Positions 51,765 to 62,178 of a stretch of DNA of 64,000 nt are shown one piece after another. Below the pieces are notes generated by a model. It made no database searches and was not told the origin of the DNA. It saw only the letters and a list, made by a program, of their open reading frames with translations. Within the stretch, counting starts at the first letter, position 1; each line of letters starts with the position of its first letter. The stretch covers positions 24,994,750 through 25,058,749 of the forward strand of contig NC_057719.1 of NCBI RefSeq assembly GCF_004010195.1. The letters run 5' to 3'. This DNA is from Chiloscyllium plagiosum. Lineage: Eukaryota. A program made the translations under genes and the position numbers.

Positions 51765-53341
51765 TACTAAATAAAAGGAAGATACAAACAGAACATGAAA
51801 TAGTCAAGAGTTCAAAGTAAAAGCTTTGAGATTATGCAACTGGAAAAAGAACAACAGAGAGAGAAAAAAAAGGACTGATGAATCGTCAATTCCCTCTCCA
51901 TGGCAGCACATTGTAAATGCAGTGTATACTCTGGCATGTAGACCAGTCCAAAATGCAATATTCTAGATTGAGGCAAAAAACAAAAGCCCAAAATGAAATT
52001 AACATGCCAAAAAGCCTCAACATTGAATGATGTCTCTGTCTCATACCTTCTTCCTGAATTCGCTTTATCATTCAGGTTCTCCTACCTTGTCATTCTTCTA
52101 GCTCTCAATCAATCCTATTGTTTCTTTACTTTTTCCCTTATTGCCCTCTCCCAATACACAGTGATCAGCAGTAAGTTCTTGGGCTCAGATCTAGCACCTC
52201 CAATCCAGAAAGGAACATCTTACTCAATTCCTTTGCTGTGCGACATAGTAGCTACTGTCTTCATCTAAGGAATTCTCCTTTCTTCCCTCCTGCCATCCCC
52301 CACAACCCAAAGGTTCAATTTGCTTCTCTCAAGAGAACACAAAGCTGTGGAAGGAGGAGATGGACAAGCAGCATCTTGTCATGATACTCCAGTCACTGTA
52401 AAGACAAGCTTGCACGTCTTTCTAACCTGTCAATTTTGTATGTTTATGTTTATGCCAGAGAATTGCTTCTAGGCCAAGCACTTTCAATAGGTTCCTCCTT
52501 AACCAACAACCCCCCTCCCCCGCCCCTTACTGAATCATGGTGGTCTCTTTATGCTTAAATTTAGATTTGATTCTATAAACATTACTGCATGTGAATGGAC
52601 AGCCACTCTGATCATTGTTAACTAAAAAGTTAAACCAATTTTCAAATGATCTTTATTTACATTACATTGGATAATAGTTTCAACCTTTAACCTTTCAATA
52701 TTTGGAGTTTGGCCTCTATCTAATGCCTGTGGAAACAAAATCATTGTTTTCATCAATTATTCTTATTCTATGCTAGTGACTTAATGCATGCAATTGTAAT
52801 GTTAACTTTCAGGAGTTGGATCCTTTCTAAAGGTGCAGAGAGATCATAGGATTTTCATAATTAGATCCCCTTTTGTGATGTAGTCAATCACTAAAAGGAC
52901 AATTACGACATGAGAAATTGTTTTGATGAAAGTACACAGGTTGAAGCATCAACTTTGCTTTACTTTCCACAGATGTTACTTGACCAGCTAAATCTGTCCA
53001 ACATTCTCTGTTTTTAGTTCATTTCTCCAAAGCAGAATGCTGGCCTAAAAGCAATTGAGATGGGAAGGAGCAGGTAGAGTCAATTGAAAACCAATACTTA
53101 CAATTAGCATGGAAAAGGACTCACAGGTGGAGTTTGACGCATTGGCACACATAGCATGTACTTCACATTGAAAGCTAACCATGAAATGGTCAACATACAT
53201 ATTAAAATACTAGAATCGCTCATGGTTCTTACTGCTTACATCTTGCTGCATCAAGACAGCACCTACAGCGCTACTATTAAAGCACACATGGAAAATAAAC
53301 TCCAATTAAAACTATTAATGACAACAGCAAGAGAAACTTAC

Positions 53342-53402
53342 CGAAAAAAACTTGCACTGCAGGTTGTTAAATTTGCTGTTTCCACAATCACAACGGAAGT
53401 TT
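53342..53402 (-). CDS. UBR7: UBR7 exon 3 (UBR-box end)
   Basis: attctag|A..TCG|gtaagt; 61 nt; NFRCDCGNSKFNNLQCKFFS. Confidence 0.97.
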
Positions 53403-54226
53403 CTAGAATACAAGGCATATTTTAGTGATAAGAAATTACCCTGCAAAACTAGGAGTTTTTAAAATAATTTAACTACTGCTCTGTTGAAAGTTTTTTTTAA
53501 AACATACTTTCTTTGACAAGCTAATATCAAGCAGTTATTAAATATTACTGAATTATAGCTAATGTTCCACTTATAAAATATTTAAAATACCTATCATTTC
53601 CTACTGCTGAAAAAAATTACGGTTTTTGTTTAAGCATATATTTTTGCATTAGAACCTGCAACAGATTTCATCTCACATTTTACGTGAACCTTGAACAACT
53701 AAATGTTCCACTATTTGATTTGACTCTTCCAGAGCATAGTCATTTGAGACGGCTCAGTGGGATGCAGCACACTGGTACCACAAGCAGTTTCGGGGTGGGG
53801 GGGGGTGTGGTGGTGGCAGAGAATGTATAAAGTTTTAATTTAAAAATTTCTGCTTATATTATCTTGGTCGCAGATACCAGCAAATCCTGACTGCAGATTT
53901 ATCTGCTGATTAGACAATAGCACTAAGTTTCCAACTTGCAGTATCCCAAATGGAAAGAAAGTCAGTAAAATTCATGGGCAGGTTACCAGAGTTCTACGTG
54001 GTACAGATTGCAATTTGAAAATGTCACTCTTCTCCAATGTTGTGAGTAATAAACCCAGCATTCCTGGCCTCAACCAACCTTCCACTACATCATGTCCTCA
54101 CAACTGAGGCTGTACTCTCTCAAGTCAATGCCATAGTGCATTATATAATTCTTCTGGATTTCCCTTCACTGTCCAATTTAGTGCCTTAACTCTCAGTTTG
54201 AAGTGTGATGGTGAGCAACACTGTAC

Positions 54227-54360
54227 CTTTTAGTATACAATTCAAACAGCTCATGGCCTTCATGACACTTGTAGCTACAAGCCAGACAAATGCCAGCAGG
54301 CTGTCCTCCCTTTGGTGTACAAGTATTACAAGCATACAATGCCTGTCTCTTCACATAGCC
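54227..54360 (-). CDS. UBR7: UBR7 exon 2 (UBR-box)
   Basis: ccttgcag|GGC..AG|gtacag; 134 nt; GYVKRQALYACNTCTPKGGQPAGICLACSYKCHEGHELFELYTK. Confidence 0.97.
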
Positions 54361-54671
54361 CTGCAAGGAAAACAGCAGTTAGAAAGGAAGGGATTCCAAA
54401 GTGCAGCTGCAACAACTTCTGACCATTAATGCAACTACTGCGGAAGCAAATCCAGCAGAGGTTAATTGCAAAATTAAATGAACTGTGGAGGGGGTCAAAA
54501 CCAAAGGTTGTCAAGCACACAATCTAACTGGAGCATACAGTACTGTTGTTCCATCTATTGAAATACATTCTAGATCAATATGGAACAGTGGGGAGGGATT
54601 ACAGTTTTGACTTTGGGCAGGATGGTTCTAAATTAACTAACCACAATTTAAGTATCAAAGTCAAGCGCTTA

Positions 54672-54790
54672 AGGGTTCTTGTGGTGCAGGAGTAGTGTCC
54701 CAACCTCTGAGCCAGAATGCCAGGGTTCAAGTCTCACCTGCTCCAGAAGTATGTACTAACGTCTCTGAACATGTGATTGGAAAATGTCTC
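54672..54790 (+). mobile_element. Short (~120 bp) tRNA-derived SINE; relatives at ~45858-45970 and ~46000-46100
   Basis: A-box-like TGGTGCAGGAG and B-box GGTTCAAGTC; shared CCTCTGAGCCAG and TGAAC..GATT.GAAAAT end. Confidence 0.6.
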
Positions 54791-55107
54791 AAAGTCAGGA
54801 GCTTCTTGAGTTATATAAAAGTAAATTGGTTTTTCTACACCAGAACTCAATAGGCTAATAGCTTTCAAGGTGGTCTTATGCAAGAGACTTCCCACAAATA
54901 TTGAAGTACTCCAGAGGGCCAGAGCGTAACCTGAAAGAAACTGTTAACCACCTAAAAAGAAAAAGCTGGACAAAACAGAAAATCAAAGAGGTTTCTTTCT
55001 TTCCGACCTACAACTGCAAGAAACATTTTTGCTGCACACAACAGAAATATCTTGCTATTAACTTGAATAGAGAAGTGTGACCCTCCAAATCCTGACTGGT
55101 TTCCCCC

Positions 55108-55400
55108 AGGGCTGCACAGTGGTTAGCACTGCTGCCACACAGTGCCAGGGACCTGGGTTGAATTCCCATGTCGGGCAACTGTCTGTGTGGAGTTTGCACA
55201 TTCTCCCTGTTTCTGCGTGGGTTTCCTCTGGGTGTTCCAGTTTCCTCCCACAGTCCAAAGATGTGCAGGTTAAGTGAATTGGCCTTGCTAAATTGCCCGT
55301 AGTAGGGGAATGGGTCTGGGTGGGTTGCTCTTCGGAGGGTCGGTATGGACTTGTTGGGCCGAAAGGCCTGTTTCTACACTGTAGGGAATCTAATAATCTA
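55108..55400 (+). mobile_element. HE1-type V-SINE
   Basis: tRNA-like head, V-domain, CR1 tail, AATCT end. Confidence 0.85.
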
Positions 55401-55419
55401 ATATTCCATACTTTGAAAC

Positions 55420-55870
55420 TAGAGCTCACACAACATCTGCTACCCTGACCTAACCTGCATCCAACCCAGAGCTCGATGAACTACACTGACTCCCAAACAA
55501 GTGATGCCTCGATTTTAAAAATCGCAATCTGATTTTCAAATTCCCCCCCCCGACATGGCTCCTCTCCGTAATTCCAAAACCCTCCAGGCCATCTACGCAC
55601 ATTTAACTCTGACCTCTTGAACATCCCTGATTCTTACCACTCCATAGGTGGCTGAAAGCATTGTCCTCAAAGTTCTAAGCTCTGAAACATCCTCCTTAAA
55701 TCTCTACATCTCCTTCTTCCTTCAAATTGACATCACTTCAAATTGACCTCTTTGCCCAACCTATTCAGTTTTCACCATGGCATTTCCACATGTGGCTGGT
55801 CTCAGAGTTTGTAACATTCTTGTGAGGCACTCTCCTTCACTTTACTACATTAAAGGGGCTGCATTAACGT
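55420..55870 (+). mobile_element. L2-like LINE 3' end remnant (similar remnant at ~6300-6730)
   Basis: LH*LP..CLDFKNRNLIFK-like remnant and 3' tail ..TACTACATTAAAGGGGCTGCATTAA. Confidence 0.5.
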
Positions 55871-56761
55871 TAGCTATTGACATACTCCCCAGGTAATAGA
55901 TGAAGCAGCATCTCAGTGACAGTGCAAGTACAATGGACAGCATAAGCTCAGTTGGGACTGCTGCAGCTTGCTACTGCTTAGGGAGATCTGATTCACGGTG
56001 TGGGGTCATACAAAAAGTCACAAATCAAATGGAGCACAGAATGGAGTCCCTGAAGCCAGGAGGTGCAGAATACAAAGTCTGTCCTAGAGTCCTACAGATC
56101 AAGTGCTCACCAACCCCCCTCCACTTCACCCCACCAAGAATCCCATTCCTCATCTTCCACCAGTCCCTGGCCCCATCCCTGTATAAGTATCAACATTCCA
56201 AACTGTAACCAATCCTCTGCGCTCTGGCCAATCACCAAGGTTGAAAAGGTATGACAAGAAAAAGGCGCCAGATGGAAGGGCGGTGGGGGTTGGTGGACAT
56301 TGAGATGTAATTAACACGGCTTGTGGCTGCTACTGAATCTACAGGGACCCACCAATCTGCAACAACTGCACCCTCAAACCACGGGCTTAAAAAAATAAAC
56401 TTACTCCTTCCATCAAGGATGTTCATTTTACATCTGCAGTCAGTTGGAATCGGGTGGCTCCTGTCTTGTTGTGGGTTTATGATTGTTTTTGGGGAAGGGG
56501 AGGAGCGCACATACACATCCGTACACACAGCTTAAAAATAAAACCCCACTTCTTCTGAACATCCCTGTCCGCCTGTGAACCGAGGTTCCCCGGTTCAGGA
56601 CCTCGACCCTAACCCCGGGGGGGGGTCGGGCTGGGATTTGGGGAAGGGGGCGCGATGCCGAGGAGCTGCGCGCAGACAAAGGACACACACTCCCGCTTTG
56701 GGTGGGAGAGAGGAGAAACCCAGCACGCCGCCCAAAACAAAAATACAAAATAAAACCTCAC

Positions 56762-56914
56762 GTCCGAGTAGGAGCATTTGTCGGAGTCGCTGCCGCCTAA
56801 GACGGCGCAGGCTTCGTTCTCCAGCTGCTCGTCCTCTTCCAGGACATCGGCGAGGGAGACGATGGGATCCTCCTCTTCCAGCGGCCGCTTGTGATTCCCT
56901 TCGTTTGCCGCCAT
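56762..56914 (-). CDS. UBR7: UBR7 exon 1; E3 ubiquitin ligase UBR7 (UBR-box + PHD), 426 aa over 11 exons
   Basis: gagATGG start; MAANEG..DPIVSLADVLEEDEQLENEACAVLGGSDSDKCSYSD|gtgagg; all 11 exons join in one open frame. Confidence 0.97.
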
Positions 56915-57269
56915 CTCGAAATGTACAAAGACTTCCGGGTTGGGGGCAATTTAAAGCTGCATGTGGCAACCTCCCCCTTCCCTCCCTTCGCCACCGCCTC
57001 TCTCTCTCTCTCTCTCTCTGTGTCTCTGTCTAACCCAGTTTCACTAAATACACCGCCCGCTGTGAGTGAGAGGCTGTGCCTTGGTGAGGTCTCTCTCTTA
57101 TTGTTACGTGCGTTTACCGAGAAGCTGGGTCCTCTTGTCATCTTCCTCTCTCCTGCCGCTGCCTATTGACTCGTTTGCTCTCTTCCGATAGTCAGAGGGC
57201 GGGCCCTGCGTCCGTCCCGTCCCGTCCCCCCGCCCCGGGCTGGACGGTAGCCGCTGCAGTCGGTCGGAC

Positions 57270-57495
57270 ATGTGCACCCCGGCCCCTGAGTGCGAGCTGT
57301 GCGGGGAGCTGAGTCCCCGGAGCGGCGAGCGCCGCCGCTTCGCTGTCCGCACCGCCTGCACCGTCCCCGGCGTGCTGAGCGGAGTCCGCCTCCTGCAGCA
57401 GCAACTCCAGGTAGCTCTCAGCGAGCTCGTCCTGCAGGAGAAGCGACAGCAGCAAGGGCAGAGCTGCCCGGAAAGCCCGGCCTCCAGCACAGCCG
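57270..57495 (+). CDS. GON7: GON7 (C14orf142; KEOPS/EKC subunit) exon 1
   Basis: ELCGELSPRSGERRRFAV...GVLSGVRLLQQQLQVALSELVLQE resembles recalled human MELLGEYVGQEGKPQKLRV...GLLSGVAQMKDMVTELFDPLVQGE; strong donor G|gtgagt at 57496; head-to-head with UBR7 as in mammals. Confidence 0.82.
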
Positions 57496-57550
57496 GTGAG
57501 TCTTGGGGAGAGGAGGGAGGGGGAAGAAATGTGTTAAAATATCAGGCCTC

Positions 57551-57628
57551 TTTCCTGATGAAGGGTTTTTGCCCGAAACGGCGATTCTCCTGCTCCTCGG
57601 ATGCTGCCCGACCTGTTGTACTTTTCCT
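57551..57628 (+). mobile_element. Family A fragment with HHR whose cleavage triplet is mutated
   Basis: CTGATGA(57555)-A-GGGT-tttt-GCCC-GAAAC-GGC. Confidence 0.8.
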
Positions 57629-58037
57629 ATACCAAAGCCATCCCACTACAGTGACCTTGTTCACACATCCAAGACCTTGAGATGGATTCCAGGAAGATGC
57701 TCCCTCCTGTTGTGGAGACTAGAAGTAGGGGAGATGGTTGTGGAGAATTCTTTTTCTCTGAAGGTGTACAGAATGGAAGTGGTGATAAATTTTAGCCAGA
57801 TTAGCTTTTTTTTAATTGGCCAGGGAGTTGTGTGGTACAAACAGGACAGTTTGGATGAGACCACAATCAAAACTGCCATGATAAGTGAACCAGGAAGGCC
57901 TTCTCTTGCTCCTATGTCAAACGTGCCCATCTCCTGTCCTCCTACAATAAGTCGAGTTAATTCTTGATGTTGCTATATTTTTTAATTCTCTATTCCACCC
58001 TCCCCATAATAGAAAGAATCCTAATGTCATGGTGGGT

Positions 58038-58633
58038 TGGAAGGTATAGGGTTAAAATTGTGCAGAATAAGGGAACAGGTGTTGCTTCTACAAAAGCTTA
58101 CATTATAAAATTAGGCTGCGCATGCCAATACTAAACAGAAGAAGCGAAAACAGGTAGAATTATTAATGACTAGTAGGGCAGAGCAACCGTGTAGCGGGAT
58201 GTACCAGTAACAGGAGAATAGTGTGCCAGTCGCAGGAGGGATGTGGCCATCGGATGGAATTTAGTTTGGCAGGATGATCGCACGAAGACAGCAAACTATG
58301 ACAGGATAGTCACATATAAGGAATGAGATAAATAAGAATAAGGGGCGACAGGCTTAGAGTAATGGGAGAAGTAAACAGAGGCGGAGAGAAGCTAGACAAA
58401 GGTGGAGTGAAGCTAGAGCTTGTGACAGGCTACGCGCTACAGAAAAAGTAACCAATGGGGTGAAAGGGGAGGACCGAGAGATGCAGCTGAACAGCATAAA
58501 TCAGAATGTAACCCTCAGATCGGGGTGCTTACCTGTTAGGCACCCGTTCTTGCAAGTACATATCAATAAAATTTGCTGCTTCAGAATTTGACTCAGATTG
58601 AAATTTATTAATTTGTGAGTTCTATTTCTAACA
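58038..58633 (+). mobile_element. Solo LTR (596 bp)
   Basis: TG...CA termini; 5-bp TSD TGGGT (58033-37, 58634-38); CCAAT 58452, CATAAA 58495, AATAAA 58565 in U3-R-U5 order. Confidence 0.78.
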
Positions 58634-59801
58634 TGGGTGTTGCTGTTTTTTTTCCATGCATTGTAGTTTGAGGGAGGGATTGACTAAACCTTGGGTCGAA
58701 CGTTGGGAGTATAATAGGAAGCGTGGATGAACATGTCCTGACCTGTTCTCTCCTGGACAACAGTTTGAGTCTATTTCCTCTTCCTCTGCCCAGCACCACA
58801 TTGCATTCCTTCCTGTCCCATCACCTCTGTGTTCTCCCCTCCCTAATTAGGAAATAGCTTACATTTGTATGACAGTGAAAAGGGGCAAACTGTTGATGGA
58901 AGAGTTGAGAATAAGGGAAAAACCGAGTTGACGTTAATTGGCAAAAGAAGAAATGAAAACATCGGGGAAAAACCTCTTTATGCAGCCAGTTGGGTTCAGG
59001 TCTAGAGTGTACTCCAAGTATGGGGAGGCAGGTTCAATTGAGGAAATCGAGAACAAATTAAATGATCACAATTATTAAACCTGCAGAAGGAGGCCATTTG
59101 GCTGCACTGCTGTCCAAACAAATAATTAAGTGCTGTTCTCCAGCCCACTCCTTATAACCCTGCACATTCTTCCTTCTCAGATAGCAGTCTAATTCCCTTT
59201 TGAATGCTTCATGTGAACCTGCTTCCAGTACACAGTCGGGCAGTGCTTTTTCACGTTTCACCCTTTTATTTGAAAAGGGAGAAGGCAGAGAAGTTGCCAT
59301 TTGGTATATTGTTCCTTCAGAGAGCCAGGGTAGATGTGAGGGCCAAATGGTCGTCTCCTGTGCTTGTGACCATTTTGTGGTTCTGTATGGTAGCTTTCCT
59401 AACCTTTGAATGCTCCAAGATTCTTCCCTATCGCAGCAAATGTTTTATGAAGTGTAGTGATTCTTGTAATGTCACCAAATAATGGAGTCATTTTTTGTGC
59501 AGCAAGCTACCACAAAAAATGTGAATGAGATAAATGACACACACTTATTTTGGGTGTTTGTTGAGTGATCAGTGTTGGCCATGACCTCTGAACTCGCCAT
59601 GTCTTCTAAAGTAAATCTTTTAGATTGATCATTGTTTAATACCTCATTCAAAAATGTTACCTCCTGACAATGTAATGCTTCTATAGCACTGCATCCTTTT
59701 CATTATCTTCTCATGAGATTTGGGCATTACTGGCACAGCCAGCATTTGTTGCCCATCCCTAATTGCCCTTGAACGGAGGACTGAGGGCAGTTAAGAATTG
59801 A

Positions 59802-59930
59802 GGAGAAAGTGAGGTCTGCAGATGCTGGAGATCAAAGTTGAAACTTTATTGCTGGAACAGCACAGCAGGTCAGGCAGCATCCAGGGAACAGGAGATTCGA
59901 CGTTTCGGGCACAGGCCCTTCTTCAGGAAT
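59802..59930 (-). mobile_element. Family A HHR mini-element, monomer, intact core (59894-59930)
   Basis: GAATTGA repeated at 59795-59801 and 59927-59933; identical to 35524-35652 in reverse. Confidence 0.9.
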
Positions 59931-60121
59931 TGACCACGTTGCTTTGAATCTGGAGTCATGTAAGCAGACCAGGATAGGATGACAAGATTTCCTTTCCTGA
60001 GGAAATTAGTGAACCAGATCTGCCTTTATGACCATTGCCAATTGCTACATTTCATCCAGTTTTAATTAAAGATTTTTATTTACTTCAGACTTTGCTATCT
60101 GTGATGCTGGGATCAAACCCA

Positions 60122-60331
60122 GTTAGAAAGTGAGGACTGCAGATGTTGGAGATCAAAGTCAAGAATGTGGTGCTGGAAAAGCACAGCAGGTCAGGCAGCA
60201 TCCAAGGAGCTGGAGAATCAACGTTTCGAGCATAAGTCCTTCATCAGGAATCTGATGCCCGAAACGTCGATTCTCCTGCTCCTTGGATGCTGCCTGACCT
60301 GCTGTGCTTTTCCAACGCCCACAGTCTTGAT
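60122..60331. mobile_element. Family A inverted-arm mini-element
   Basis: TCAAACCCA at 60113-60121 and 60332-60340; - arm has CTGATGA..GAAAC-GTT with mismatched stem II; + arm lacks the 5' half of stem II. Confidence 0.85.
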
Positions 60332-61331
60332 TCAAACCCAAGAGCCCAGAATATTAACCTGAATTTTTGGACGACGAGTCCAGTGACATTAACAGTACCT
60401 CCCATCTCTCCCTATTGGTGATATGAATACACAGTAGACACTGAAGATTTTGAATTTGGAGTCACATCCTTCTGACTCTGGGGAAAGAGCATTACCACTG
60501 ACCCAAGGCAAACAACTTGAAGCACCTTCTTTTCCCTTTCCCTCCAACCCTTTCCCTTAATGCCTTGGGCACTGCTCTCCAATTCAACTGCTCCAGCTAT
60601 TTCCCTTTACATCCTCTCTCCCTTCAACTCTATATCCATTCTTTAAAAGTTAAAATCAAATTGTCTTCATGATCTATCCTAGATAGAAATTCAGAATCAT
60701 GAGTGAGAAAACAAAATGTCTTTTTCTTTATAAACCCTTCCTTTAGGACAGGAATGATGTGGAGAGGGATAGGAATTGTGGGGAAGGGAATGGACTTGAT
60801 ATCAAAAAGGCAGGGAAGAGAAAGAAGCAAAATGTAATATAACAACAAAGGACAGAGGAGAGTTTTTTTTTTAATGAAAGAGAAGTGGTTGTTGTGGGAA
60901 AACTACGTCAGTGGTGGTAGTTGAGGCTGCAGATGCCCCCATTTTGTGCTGTTGGCATTATGTGAATATTACCACTTGGAAGGAGGAATACACTGGTACT
61001 CAAGTCCCACTTCTCCATGGGATGTCCTGAAAGTGTAAATGTCCAACTGAATCACCAAAGTATTTAAGTTCCTTTACTTTTACGGATATCTGGGACAAAA
61101 AAAAACTTCCAACTAAATGTATTTATTATGAATAAACTTAATCTTAAAAGTGGGAAATGGGTTATTAACTACTACGAGGTAAACTTTGAACTTTAAACAC
61201 AAACGTGCATACATGAAGAGGACAGGGCAGTTCGGAGTTATTATAGCTGGAGGAAAAAATTGGCAAAAAAAGAAAATCTCGTGTGTCAAGAGTCCAAACC
61301 TCAAGGACAAAATTGGAGTTCAGCAAGAGAA

Positions 61332-61459
61332 GGAGAAAGTGAGGACTGCAGATGCTGGAGATCAGAATCAAAAAGTGTGGGGCTGGAAAAGCACAGCAGG
61401 TCAGGCAGCATCCGAGGAGCAGGAGAGTCCCTGTTTCAGGCATAAGCTCTTCATCAGTG
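61332..61459 (-). mobile_element. Family A monomer, degenerate HHR
   Basis: Same body; - strand CTGATGA-A-GAGC-ttat-GCCT-GAAAC-AGG. Confidence 0.82.
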
Positions 61460-61701
61460 AGAGAAATAGGGTTTACCATTAGGGTGAATGGAGTCAAGAT
61501 TAGTCTTGTCACTAAACATGTGCCTTATGAAAATGTAGTACTAACAACAGTCATTTTACTGTATCATGTAAAATATCCATTTGGGCATTCATCATAACTA
61601 TATAGTCATATTCAATATATTTCCCAAAGTGTATTCTGGTCAAAAAAATCCCAAGATACTTGGTGCCAGGCAGAAAACATGAGCTGCTTGCCATTAAACA
61701 A

Positions 61702-62178
61702 GGATTTACAAGAATGTTGCCAGGGTTGGAGGATTTGAGCTATAGGGAGAGGCTAAACAGACTGGAGCTGTTTTCCCTGGAGCATCAGAGGCTGAGGGGT
61801 GACCTTATAGAGGTTTACAAAATTATGAGGGGCATAGATAGGATAAATAGACAAAGTCTTTTCCCTGGGGCCGGGGAGACCAGAACTAGAGGGCATAGGT
61901 TTAGGGTGAGAGGGGAAAGATATAAAAGAGACCTACGGGGCAACTTTTTCACGGAGGGTGGTACATGTATGGAATGAGCTGCCAGAGGATATGGTGGAGG
62001 CTTGTACAATTGCAACATTTAAAAGGCATTTGGATGGGTATACGAATAGAAAAGATTTGGAGGGATATGGGATGGGTGCTGCCAGGTGGAACTAGATTGG
62101 GTTGGGATATCTGGTCGGCATGGACGGGTTGGACCGAAGGGTCTGTTTCCATGCTGTACATCTCTGACTCTATGACTC
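61702..62178 (+). mobile_element. Young CR1 3' end
   Basis: FTRMLPGLEDLSYRERLNRLELFSLEHQRLRGDLIEVYKIMRGIDRINRQSLFPG plus tail. Confidence 0.92.

Larger units (their letters stand above)
56570..57500. promoter_or_regulatory. CpG island and bidirectional promoter for UBR7 (-) and GON7 (+)
   Basis: Strong GC/CpG enrichment against an AT-rich background; start codons 355 bp apart; GC boxes (GGGCGG 57197-57202, CCCCGCCCC ~57229); (CT)n at ~56998-57019. Confidence 0.85.
59700..60410 (-). mobile_element. tRNA-derived SINE carrying two nested family A insertions
   Basis: Reverse complement of the 25490/35925 SINE, split at 59802 and 60122. Confidence 0.65.

Noticed and set aside
56575..57499. Several overlapping long ORFs on both strands (e.g. 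56575-57033, 57104-57490, 57192-57455)
   Set aside because: Stop-poor GC-rich CpG island; antisense or off-frame shadows of UBR7 and GON7 exon 1.
57270..57680. 136-aa single-exon ORF
   Set aside because: Runs through a consensus donor (G|gtgagt, 57496) into repeat sequence; only the first 75 codons look coding.
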